From: Mytilus californianus
Lineage: Eukaryota
Length of the DNA stretch: 64,000 nucleotides
Reading direction: 5' to 3'
NCBI RefSeq assembly: GCF_021869535.1
Contig: NW_026262668.1
Location: forward strand, 139,500,001-139,564,000
Position 1 is the stretch's first letter. Each line of letters opens with the position of its first letter. A model generated the notes under the pieces. It made no database searches. It was not told the DNA's origin and saw only the letters and a program-made list of their open reading frames with translations. Position numbers and translations under genes: made by a program. This document shows, piece by piece, positions 49,852 through 61,345 of the stretch.

Positions 49852-52800
49852 CTAAAACATCAATCACACATGTCATAACAAGATGGTAGAATGTACTTGT
49901 CAAACTTGAAAATCACATAGTTATAATTTATTAATACTTCTGCAGGGTGCTCAGGTTTATGCATGATTCAAAGGAAAATTTTGTTAGTAAATAACCAAAA
50001 ATATGAAATGACGCAAAAACTTCTCTGTTAAATAGGAAAATTACACTTCATAAATGTGTTGCGTCTGAAGCGCTATCCTATATTGACCTTTATCAGAAAC
50101 GTTCAAATTAAAAAAAAATGTAGGACGTATGCCTACTTGAATACGTGAGGGGCTATGTGACCAAAAGGGACAGTACAAATCCACCCAAGGTAGACATGAC
50201 ATGACATGACATGACTGGGTATAATCTACACGTATTACAATTTCTGGTATTAGGATAAGGTATGGTCTTAATATATAGCAAATGGATAATTTCAGGATGT
50301 TTTCAGTAATTGTCAAGTCCTTCTTTACTGAACAATTTTCTATGTACCTCTTGTTCATCCTTGTAATGAAGAAAAACTAATAATAGATTTATTACTAAAA
50401 AGGAAAATAACAAAAATACAGAACTCCATGGAAAATTCAAAACGGAAATTCCCTTATCAAATGGCAAAATTAAAAGCTCAAATACATCAAACGAATGGAA
50501 AACAACTGTCATATTCCTGACTTGGTACAGGCATTTCCTTATGTAGGAAATGGTGGATTAAACCTGGTTTTATAGCTAGTTAAACCTCTCACTTGTATGA
50601 CAGACGCATACAATTCCATTATATTGATAACAATGTGTGAACAATAATAAATATTGTTAGCTAATTAACCGTGTCGACGCACCCAGTCTTGTTCCTTTTT
50701 GTAGTTCAGACATTTCTTCCATTGTTTTTGCCTTGATATGCATCTTCTTAATGTGATTTTTGAACCTCGGCAAACTACTATTGCTTCTTATTTAATACCT
50801 CCCAATATTTATGTTTTATAATAAAGACAGTTAATGATTGTCTTTGATCATATCTTTGTCTTTTTGTTGATGTTAACGGCAGATCTTTGGTAGTGTCTGG
50901 TATGTTAAAAGATTGCTGGAAGATTTAGTTTTTGATTTATGGAATGAACATTTGTTTCTTGTTGACCATGTGTTGTTTTACGGTTTTATTGTGTTTTGGG
51001 GGTTGCGTATTAACGTATTCCCACACCCATTTAATGGAAATGTATTTTGTATTTAATATGTACATTAAAGGAGGTCTATATAACTTGTAGTTATATTTGC
51101 GTATAGTTAATATCTTTCATGCAAACCTTATTATACTTTAAAACTTCCGGCGCACCAAGATCTAAGTCATGGTCAAGATAAACACTGAATGCTATACCAC
51201 CACCTACCAAAAAGAAAAATAAGAAAGTAAGCAATTCGGTATAACTGGTTATTGGAGTTTATGTGTTAACATAATTGATACAAATATAAGGCGATGTGAA
51301 TAAGATGGAGATTTCAAAATATATAATAAAGATAATAATCACGGTCCAATATTTCATGCAACAAAATTAAAGTTGAAAAAAATTGACTTCTCTTTCGTCA
51401 TCCCCTGTTTTTCTTATTTTAAACGAAGATATGACTCTAAAATTTATCTATTATCTTTAGTTTCCTTTTGGTCATATAACTGCCAACGTTACTACGTATT
51501 TATACACCACAGGCTTTCAAATATATTGCTTGAGCGTTTGGTTGATGAAGGTTAATTCACAAAAGCGCCTCGGACGCATAAAATTAATAAAATAGTTTTT
51601 ATCTTAAAACATGAACTTATCTTAAAGAAGTAAGGCGAACATATTCATTTAAATTCATAAATTTCCTTTTTCAGCTATGAAAGAATAAAATATTACAATC
51701 ATTTGTCAATCATTCTAACTACGGTGGTTTGAAGAGATTTTATCCCAATTCAAACCCGACTTCATAACAGAATACAAAACCATGGCATGAAAAGAAAAAC
51801 GATGAAAATTCAAACAACAGTCTACAAAACACTTCTTAGACTGACCAATGCGAATCCCACCAAAAAGGGGGATGTCCCGGAATGGTAAGCAAATCCTTCT
51901 CCACATGTGACACCCGTCGTTTTACTCATGTAAGTACACATGCGGTAATAAGTCTAATTCGTCGATGTTACAATCGAGAAAAATAAAACATAATCCGTGG
52001 TCATTTGTGACACAGATACTCAATAATAATGAACCAAATGATGAGATGTCCGAATTTTTCAAAGTGATAACTTCATAAAATCAAAATCACTACACCCACA
52101 TAAAAAAAGCAAAGGAGAGGTGAAATATACAAAAGGGATATTCAAGCTCATAAGTCAATGCGGAACAGATTCTGATTCCCCCAGTTTCAACATTATTCAT
52201 TAAAATATACATTTTTAGTGGTGTGATGCTTGATATTTTCACTCTATATATTACCATATTAGACTAAATTAAAGTCTAACTGTATCCAGTCCTTGTGCGA
52301 ATGGCTAATTTTCTTTCTTTTGAGCAATATGACCATGTCATTGTCTGTCAGTTTCAGTTTTACCCCTTGGTATCTATAATTTTTTTTATGGATACACCAT
52401 TTTCAATAATCTTTTTATTGTAATAATTTTTATTTATATTCTATACGTTTAATGAAACATACCTTGAAGTTGCCTCCTGTTTATATTGTTCCGCACAGCA
52501 TTGGGAATATTCGTAGATTGATGGTTAACATGATGAACAGACGAATTGTGATTTTCGTTGATTGTACCACTACTATGAAATAAATCTTTTAGTTTCGCTA
52601 TCTCGTTTGCCTGATCCTTTATTGTTTTTTGTTGACTCAAGAGCTCATGTTCATAAAACCTTTAATAAACAAAATCTCTTATCAGTTAATTCAAAAAACT
52701 GTTGATACTTCTAAAAATTTTTAGCTGTGAGTCTATGTACGCATGTTAGATCCACAAATGTAGATCCTAGTGATTACCGGTGCTTAATTGATAATTGTTT

Positions 52801-53263
52801 TAACTACTTGAATATCATAACATTTGTATTTTGCCCAGGTATACGTACGATACAGGAAATCATTATCGACTGAAAAGAATACCCGTATGAATTTTAGTAT
52901 ATATCTAAAAGATAATGAATCCTTCTAAAAATCATAAGATATTGATCGATTTCTTAATCATTAAAGTTATGATAAATTATTCTGAAGATATGATATATTT
53001 CTTAATTTACCCGTTTATAAATTAAGGAATTATTAAGAAACTTAGGCTCTAAATTTCTCAAGCAATGTTTGCATAAATGGATTTTGCTGTTATAAAATAT
53101 TGGATAACTACCTTTGTCTTTTCTGAATATCTGTGATCAGTTGTTTTAATTCAGAAATCACACCATTATCGTTGATATCATCAGCTTCTATTGTTACAAT
53201 AGAAAATAAATAACATATGGTAATTGCGAAAACAACCCTTGTAACTGGAGAATTGACCGACAT
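49516..53263 (-). CDS. C1q-B: secreted short coiled-coil + globular C1q domain protein, 253 aa; complement(join(49516..49851,51127..51203,52463..52659,53112..53263))
   Basis: Four GT-AG exons splice in frame (152+197+77+336 = 762 nt); same intron phases (2,1,0) as C1q-A. Confidence 0.92.
50405..50645 (-). mobile_element. Isolated 3'-terminal module of the Penelope-like family; also at 43330-43465
   Basis: aaaatacagaactcc..aattcaaaacggaaa..tcaaatggcaaaat matches 60750-60990 and is the reverse complement of 63400-63607. Confidence 0.75.
51127..51203 (-). CDS. C1q-B exon 3 (GGGIAFSVYLDHDLDLGAPEVLKYNK)
   Basis: tttttggtag acceptor, aag|gtttgc donor, 77 nt. Confidence 0.9.
51370..51600 (+). mobile_element. 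Relic with degenerate hammerhead-like motif (ttgatgaaggttaattcacaaaagcgcctcggacg)
   Basis: Homologous to 53390-53570; core positions are mutated. Confidence 0.5.
52463..52659 (-). CDS. C1q-B exon 2 (FYEHELLSQQKTIKDQANEIAKLKD...NRRQLQG)
   Basis: attaaag acceptor, cttcaag|gtatgt donor, 197 nt. Confidence 0.9.
53112..53263 (-). CDS. C1q-B exon 1 (MSVNSPVTRVVFAITICYLFSIVTIEADDINDNGVISELKQLITDIQKRQR)
   Basis: aaaATG start, signal peptide, caaag|gtagtt donor. Confidence 0.87.
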
Positions 53264-53389
53264 TTTTATGTATGTCTTATCTTAATGTTAGAAGTCTTCA
53301 ACAGAGTTCAATACATAATAACATCTACGATGATCTGACAGATTGTAATCAATGATCGAACCCTTACCCTATAAATTAAAAAAAAAAAT

Positions 53390-53570
53390 TGGACACCAAG
53401 TTTCCAACTCCTTCAGGAAAAGTCGACCTTAAATTAATTTGGCTATTCCTTTTTGGTTCCTTTTGATCACCAACCTCCTAACGTTCCTACGATATTAAAC
53501 ATTTCTGGAGTTCATATGTTAATGTTTAAGCGTTCCTGGTGAAGGTAATTCCAGAAAAGCGTTTGGGTAT
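53390..53570 (+). mobile_element. Relic with degenerate hammerhead-like motif (cgttcctggtgaaggtaattccagaaaagcgttt)
   Basis: CUGGUGA (one change from CUGAUGA) ... GAAA; same family as 51370-51600. Confidence 0.5.
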
Positions 53571-54188
53571 ATACTGCTAAAGTGGCGTGAATCTTTAAAC
53601 ATCGATATAAATGTCGAATGAAATGAAATTTCTAATTAAACATCAATAAAGGTGAATTATAAAAAAATATTGTGACAAGCTTTATTCATAGAGATTTAAA
53701 AAAATTGGTTAAAACTTCTTAACAGAACCGACATTCTAATTATCCCTCATTTGAAGATACTCTAATTATTTTTGTTGTCGTTTTAAGCATAGTTCACAAA
53801 AGGATTGTTAAAAATGAAAATACGCTACTGACACAAAATTTTGTTTCATTCGCTTATACTTTGTTTTTAACAAATTACATTTACTTGGGACGGATGGAAA
53901 TATCATTAAATTGTACAGGGGATGACTAGAGTGAAGGTCGAAATTGTTCTTGTAAACATTTACAATCAATTGTTTTTACTCTTTCGTCTTAACATTTTAT
54001 TTTCTTATTGAACTTGGTTTTAAGTCAGAATTTGTTAAATTTACTCCTTTAGAATATAAAATAGTCTTTTAGTATAAGACTAAAAGTATTAAAATCATAA
54101 AAAAAATTTGAATTATGGAGAGTAGACTATACTGGTAATAATGTGAACACAACAACATATCATTAATGATACAGTTAATTATATTATT

Positions 54189-54790
54189 AAAGTTAGAGGT
54201 GAACTAATTGGTATGTAATTATAAAGTTAGAGGTGAACTAAATGGTATGTAATTATAAAGTTAGAGGTGAAGTAAATGGTATGTAATTATAAAGTTAGAG
54301 GTGAACTAAATGGTATGTAATTATAAAGTTAGGGGTGAAGTAAACGGTATGTAATTATAAAGTTAGAGGTAAACTAAATGGTATGTAATTATAAAGTTAA
54401 AGGTGAACTAAATGGTATGTAATTATAAAGTTAGAGGTAAACTAAATGGTATGTAATTATAAAGTTAGAGGTGAACTAAATGGTATGTAATTATAAAGTT
54501 AGAGGTGAACTAAATGGTATGTAATTATAAAGTTAGAGGTGAACTAAACGGTATGTAATTATAAAGTTAGAGGTGAACCAAATGGTATGTAATTATAAAG
54601 ATAGAGGTGAACTAAATGGTATGTAATTATAAAGATAGAGGTGATGAACTAAATGGTATGTAATTATAAAGTTAGAGGTGAACTAAATGGTATGTAATTA
54701 TAAAGTTAGAGGTGATCTAAATGGTATGTAATTATAAAGTTAGAGGTGAACTAAATAGTATGTAATTATAAAGTTAAAGGTGAAGTGAAT
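54189..54790 (+). repeat. 34-bp minisatellite, about 17.5 copies
   Basis: unit aaagttagaggtgaactaaatggtatgtaattat. Confidence 0.98.
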
Positions 54791-57519
54791 GGTAAATTGG
54801 GGGCAACAATAGTTTACCAATGTTCAAATCACACAAAGGTATTAAGCAGATACGATTCAATGTAAAAGAACCCAAATAAACATTGCAACAATCACAAAAA
54901 AGAGCAATACCAGGAGTGTAGATAGGGTTAGCGTCTCTTGTGATGCATGCATCACCCGCCATGCGTATCCACACTCAGTCAAACTATCACATTTTGGAAT
55001 GGAATACAATTGATAAATTTATAGATCAGACTTCTATTATTGTATCTTAACTTCAAAGACGGCAAGCGATAGTAGATATCAGTCAACCAACTCAGGATGT
55101 TGACCGTAAAACGAAAGTGATATCGAGTTAGTCGTTCTGCCTGATATCTTCAGAAGATTATTTCTTTTTAAACCTATTCTAGATATATGAAATGTATGTG
55201 GGATAACCTGCAATTGAATGACATTACACCTATCATATCACTAAAACATAATTGATGAGTTAATCGAGGTCCTGATCTCTGAGATACATTTAACTATATT
55301 TTTGCATCAAACAAATACTAATATTCAATACAATTAAAATATATGTGCATGTGATACTCTATCTCTATCTCTATCAGTACTTTAATGGTTGATAATATCT
55401 CAAATAGTCATGGATTTTATGTCATTTCCATACAATAGTTCAACAATACAAGGGTGACATCCGATCTGGACATTAAATGTTGTTAGAGGCTTTCGACTCT
55501 ATGATTAAAACAACTATTTAGAACATTCTCCGTTCAATCAATGTTGTCTTACATGCTGATTCGTAACACCTGTATATGTAGTTAAAAATTATGTGGTAAA
55601 TTTTAAGTTTAAGTTAGATGTCAAGATATTCCATTTGCTTAATATTAACACAATAAATCAGACACGAGTAAAACATACTTATGAAGTATCCACCATAATA
55701 CAGTATGAACAAATATATAACTATATGAGTATTTATGTAAAGTGAACAATTCATGGGATATGATACAAACTATGAATACGTAGAAAAAAAGAAGAAGATA
55801 AGAAATAAGCATATATTGAGAAAAAATATTTTTGAGATGATGAAGTAGGATTTGATGATGATTACGAAGATGATCTTCCATATCAGTAGCAACAACACTT
55901 TATGAAGATACAATAAATCTTCTTGACTCATGACATAGGCAAAATCTCTTTGTTATTACTGTGTTTTAGTTTGATAATGCACAATATTTCAGATATACTA
56001 CACACTCTATGGTTAGAAAGGAAAAATTAAAAAAAAAGGTAGATCAATAGACTTCATTCCGATGCGACATGTCTTTAAATCGGTCATCAAAAATAGGGTT
56101 AAAAAATAAGGGTGATTCAATAAAGAAAAATAGTACAATATTTTATAAAAATGTGTCCAATAAAATTGGTACACCTCTTTTCAACTATCTTCCTCTACAT
56201 TCCTGAAAAAAATTGCTCTATCTAAACTCAATCAACCTTTTACGTTATGATTTTTGATAAACTAATTTTGAAGTATATAAAACGGCTAAAGCTGTATAAA
56301 TAAAAAGCGGTGTGTGTATATAGGCCTTTGAGACAGCAAACCAACAATAATGAAAATGTCGACATGCCATTACGACCATGTTAACTTTGTAAATGATCTT
56401 TTCTTGCTGGTCATGATTGATGATTACAGTTTTGATCTAGCCATAATAGCTTTCAAAATTTAACTCCACCACCCCTCCCCCGCAAAATATTGGTAACAAA
56501 ATGCATTTAAGTACAAGAACTCATAAAAGCAGTCGATCGATGATTTCGGTCATTTGACTTAAAAGTAAAGTTAACTTCGACTTCGGCTTTAGATGACTCA
56601 TTTGCACAATTTATTTTGCTGATCAATTTTGCTGTTTACAATTTTTCTTTCTCTACGCTAGTTGTCACCATATACGCACAAATGGGTTAAAATCAACCTT
56701 TTATGCCAGTAACTCCTGACCATTATGGTAATGTTATCATATTTGTAAATCTTTTATTGCTGATAATTTTGCATATAAAGTTTCTCTTTATATGTTATAG
56801 TGGTCTCAAGGAAAATAACAATACATGAAACACGGGTAACTATTGTCATTAAATAGCAATGTGTTTAATGAGTCGCCTAACCATTTCGGCCATGTTGAAT
56901 TATCTGTAGATCTTTTCTTGTAGACATCTTTTATTATTCAAAGTTTCTCTCTATCTACTATAATTTCAAGTTTATATAAAAAAAACACATGAAATGGTAA
57001 AAATGGTCAACGAATAAAAAAGGATCATCAAATCAAAACATGTATGGTTGATCTGTACGTATAACATCTTCTGGTTATAAGTGGTTTTGAGTAAATACAA
57101 ACCAAGAAGTTGCATTTAACTTTTACTCTTATAATCCACCAACATAATTATTTTGCATGCCAAACATTCAAATGTTACAATCTGTTAATGTGTTCAAAAT
57201 CACCAACTACTAACACAAAAAGGAGTAAAACCACATGTTAATAAAGCTTAGAATCTCAAATTATTATAGGTTTAAATAAGCCTTATTTTATACTAAACAC
57301 CAACGCTATAAGAGTACCTTTATAACCTTTCCCCTGTCTTTTAATTGGAAACGCCACTCCTATCGGTCTTTGTCTATTGCTGGCAAAATATAACTGGTAA
57401 AACCCATATTCATGGAAATCAGATAGACCAGATGTATATATAAACGGCAACATTATAATCACAAGGACCCTTCATCTGTAAACCTCAAAGTAAGTTTTTC
57501 AATAATTTTAAATGCCATT

Positions 57520-58250
57520 ATAGTAGTCAGCACTTCTGTGTTGACATGAACTATCATTAATATGGTAATAATTATAAATTAACTGTTTGCAAACACTCGA
57601 ATTGAATTGTTCAAAATACTAAGGGTTTTCTGACCCAGGAATAAATTTTTTAGCTGTATTTGGCACAACCTTTCGGAATTTTGTGTCCTCAATGCTTTTC
57701 AACTTCGTACTTTATTTGACCTTTTAACTTTTTCGAGATCCCTGATGAGTCTTTTGTAGACGAAACGCGCGTCTGGCGTAAAAATTGTTAAGCATGGTAC
57801 CTATGATGAGTTCTAAGTTAATTATTTATGGTTCATGTATTTTACCATTTTATATTTTTCTAGTGTTCATCTGGGGTTTTGTGTTATAATCTGTTATATT
57901 TTATGACCTTCTACAAATTCTATTATTGGACTTTTTTCCTCGTTGGTATTAACAGCTAAGTAATTAACACGATAGTGGTGAAATATTATATCATAGATCC
58001 GACCATTTTCGACATTTACATCACGTACAATGTGAAAATCGTTTCGAAAAACTGATGCTTTCTATACACAGGAACTGGTGGCATAAGTCAAGTTTATCGC
58101 AATTATTTTAGATGTTTTGGGTTTCAATGCTTTTGATGTCGTTATTAAATTTGCTTGCCAACTTTTATTATTTTTTGGGAGCTATTGATGAGTATTGAAA
58201 AGACAAAACGCGCGTATAGCGTATAAATGATAAGTCATGTATCTTTGAAT
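57520..58250 (+). mobile_element. Retrozyme-like / non-autonomous Penelope-associated relic with two hammerhead motifs 444 nt apart
   Basis: Second motif ttgatgagtattgaaaagacaaaacgcgcgta at 58186; both motifs are preceded by tcaatgcttt... Confidence 0.6.
57737..57778 (+). ncRNA. Type I minimal hammerhead ribozyme motif: core intact, stem I eroded
   Basis: CUGAUGA (57742-57748), stem II GUCU/AGAC with 5-nt loop, GAAA (57762-57765), palindromic stem III AC-GCGC-GU, cleavage triplet GUC (57771-57773). Stem I GAUCC/UGGCG has only 2 of 5 pairs. Confidence 0.8.
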
Positions 58251-60749
58251 ACGATGTTTTTCATTATCGTATGTAATTTAGTTTTTTTATGTCCGGTTTT
58301 TCTTCTTTTTTTCTTTTTTTTTTACATAAATTTGTAATCAGGATGTCTAATCCAAATCCGTATTTCAAACTACGCATTTTTGTTCTTTGAACAACATGCA
58401 TTTCAATGTTTGATATTTTGTAACAGATCATCTGCTGTAAAGTTTATTTCTAAAATCCTGAACGAGAAACTTTTAAATTCTCAATTATCTACTATCTATT
58501 ATTTAAGAAAACACATCATAGTTATCTCTACAATAATGATTTTAAGTCTTAGTTACGAACACATCTATATTTGGTTGATATAGTCAAGCGTTTGATTTTG
58601 TCTGTTTTGAAGGACTTCCCAAATTTTAAATATAAATTGGAGTTTGATATTTTCATAAATACTTATTTACCTGGTTAATACCTTTTGAATGTAAAATATT
58701 TCCTATTTTCAATTTATGTAGTAATAATATAAAATATCAAAATGCTTAAAAAGTTAAATGTCATCTGTCATTTAAACGACATGGAATGCACTTTTTCTGA
58801 AATACTTCAATTATTCGTATAAACAAGTAGGCGTATTGGAAAATGTCTTAACAGGTATCCAGGGGATATAATACCCTTTTATTTGTATTTCTTAGAAATG
58901 ATGTATAAAAAACGTGCTTAGTAATGTGGACACTAAGTGTTATGAAGTTTTTTCACGCATAGCTATTAAACTGACTGACACATTGAATAATCCTTTGTCC
59001 AACCAAATCACTTTATAATATTTAAACAGACCTAAACTCAACCAATGGCATTGTATAGACTTGTTCATGTGAACTGTAGTGCATGAGCAATTCTCCTTAC
59101 AAACGCGGCTAGTAAACAAGTTTTGCAAAACAAATTATAAATTAACGAAGTAATGGATCGTGAATTCATTTTGATTAAACTGTAAGATGTCTAGTCATAA
59201 TAATTACCTTGCATACAAGTAACTTGCATAAACACGCATGTAACTATTTCACTTGATCCTGTATCTGAACAGTTTATCCCTACTGGAAATTTCGTATCTA
59301 GTGTCTTCTCATCTGCCGTATATGCATAACTTTTTTAATATCATATATTTCATATGGAGTGTAAGACGAATACATTTTTTTAACTGAATTAATGTTGTTT
59401 TATTGAAAATAATTAAAGTGCTTTGGACTACTTGACGCACTTAAAACTTTGGATAATTAAGCATGATGATAGAATTAGTGTACTCATTGTCAGGTTAAAA
59501 TTGTGATATCAATAAATAAGATCTTTTGACACACCCGCTGAATTTATCAATGCTCTGGATAACCTAAATATAACATGTTTTGCGCAACTACTTCCATTGA
59601 GATATAATTGATTGATAAGAAATCCCGACTTTCTAAGTTAAAAAAAATCTGTTTTTAAAGACTATTTTAAGGCGACAGTAGTTTACCGATGTTCAAATCT
59701 GGTAAATCGGTTCTAAAAGAGACAAATCACGGTGGTAACTAATAAAAAATGGGGAATTGCATGAACTCAAAAGATGAGACCGGGTGCGTCGACAGGGTAA
59801 TTAGCCTCTTCTGCTATATATGCATCGCCCGTCATACGAATCCTCATTCAGTCAAAATGTCACAATCGGGAATCGGGCACTATTTTAGGTTAACGGTCCC
59901 ATCTTAGCCTATAATGTAGTTTCTAGCTTAAATACCAAACCGACAAATTTCTGTAAGTCAAACCAACGCTGAAAGTTGTTTCCTATCTCAATTTTTACCA
60001 AATTAAATATTCTATGCCTAATACTTCATTTGTAATGAAAAATACCCACCGTGTCTCATTAACAGGATGTTTACGTGGTTTACAAAAGACACCGTACCTT
60101 CTTCTGGGAATGAAATGTGATCCATCATGAACGTAATATAAGGCGATTTCACATTTCATCCAGTTATTCAATCTTAATGCACAATGGCAAACCTTCCTAA
60201 ACGTATAAAGTTACAGGACAAAATGATATTTTAAAGTTTAACATAACAGAATCTGTACTACAAATACATTCTGGAGGTGGTCGTGATAATCTCGGGTATC
60301 CATGTTTGATTAGGATCTGTCTTATCTTTTATATCGAAAACAAGTTTTTTTGCTTTTTATATAGTTATTCACCATTACTATTGACTTCAGTTACGGATTT
60401 TAATTTCATTGTTTTGTTGTCATTATATTGAACAAAAATTTGATAAACATTTACGGTTTTCAATTTCTGATAAAGATACATATTAAGATTTGTATATTAT
60501 AGAAAAACTTAAATTTGTTAGGATTAAATTCAGACCAAAATCTTATGTCCAAAGACTAATTGCTTAAACAATACATTATAATCTTTTTTGATTTTCTCAT
60601 TTACTCATTAATACTTTTCCAATTTTTTTTTAAATCGACAATAAATCAAAAAGTGGTTTTAATCTTTTTCTTCGTTACATGCATTTCATAGACCGTCGTT
60701 CGTCTGTTCCCATTTACATAAGAATTGTTTTGATGGCAATATAAATTAT

Positions 60750-61345
60750 AAAAAGTAAAATAACAAAAATACTGAACTCCAAGGGAAATTCAAAACGGAA
60801 AGTCTCTTATCAAATGGCAAAATCAAAAGCTCAAACACATCAAACGAATGAAAAACAACTATCATATTCCTGACTTGGTACACGCATTTCCTTATGTAGT
60901 ACCTGGTTTTTTTTTTAGCTAGCTAAACCGCTCACTTGTATGACACTCGCATACAATTCCACTATATTGACGACAATGTGTGAACAAAACAAACAGACAT
61001 AATAGGTAAAAATGTCAAAATAGGGGTACAGCAATCAACATTGTGTTATAATCTTAATCACTATAAAAACAAACAATATCTCAACAAAAAAAAGGGCATA
61101 TAGACAAATCACATAAGAAAAAATGAAACACAAGAATACAAAAAATGACCATAGCACAATAACACAATGGCAGCATGTATAAGTACCGAGCCACGCCAAA
61201 GGGATATTACCAAACATGGACTAACCAGTAAAGGTAATAATATACAAAGACAAATAAAAGAACAATATAACACGTAATTAAGATGATAAACAACGTCAGT
61301 ACCAAGAATCTATACTTCAAGACCATCATGTATTATTTGTGAAGT
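60750..61345 (-). mobile_element. 3' half (ORF end + 3' UTR) of a minus-strand copy of the same Penelope-like family
   Basis: The reverse complement matches 62716-62800 and 63270-63607. Confidence 0.88.

Noticed and set aside
55645-55881. 78-aa His/Leu-rich ORF upstream of C1q-B
   Set aside because: Low-complexity AT-rich composition with no family resemblance; C1q-B already has a complete signal-peptide exon.
59208-59334. Open minus-strand frame ending CAAG|GTAATT, a possible orphan exon
   Set aside because: Only about 44 codons, no polypyrimidine acceptor, no recognisable domain and no partner exons.
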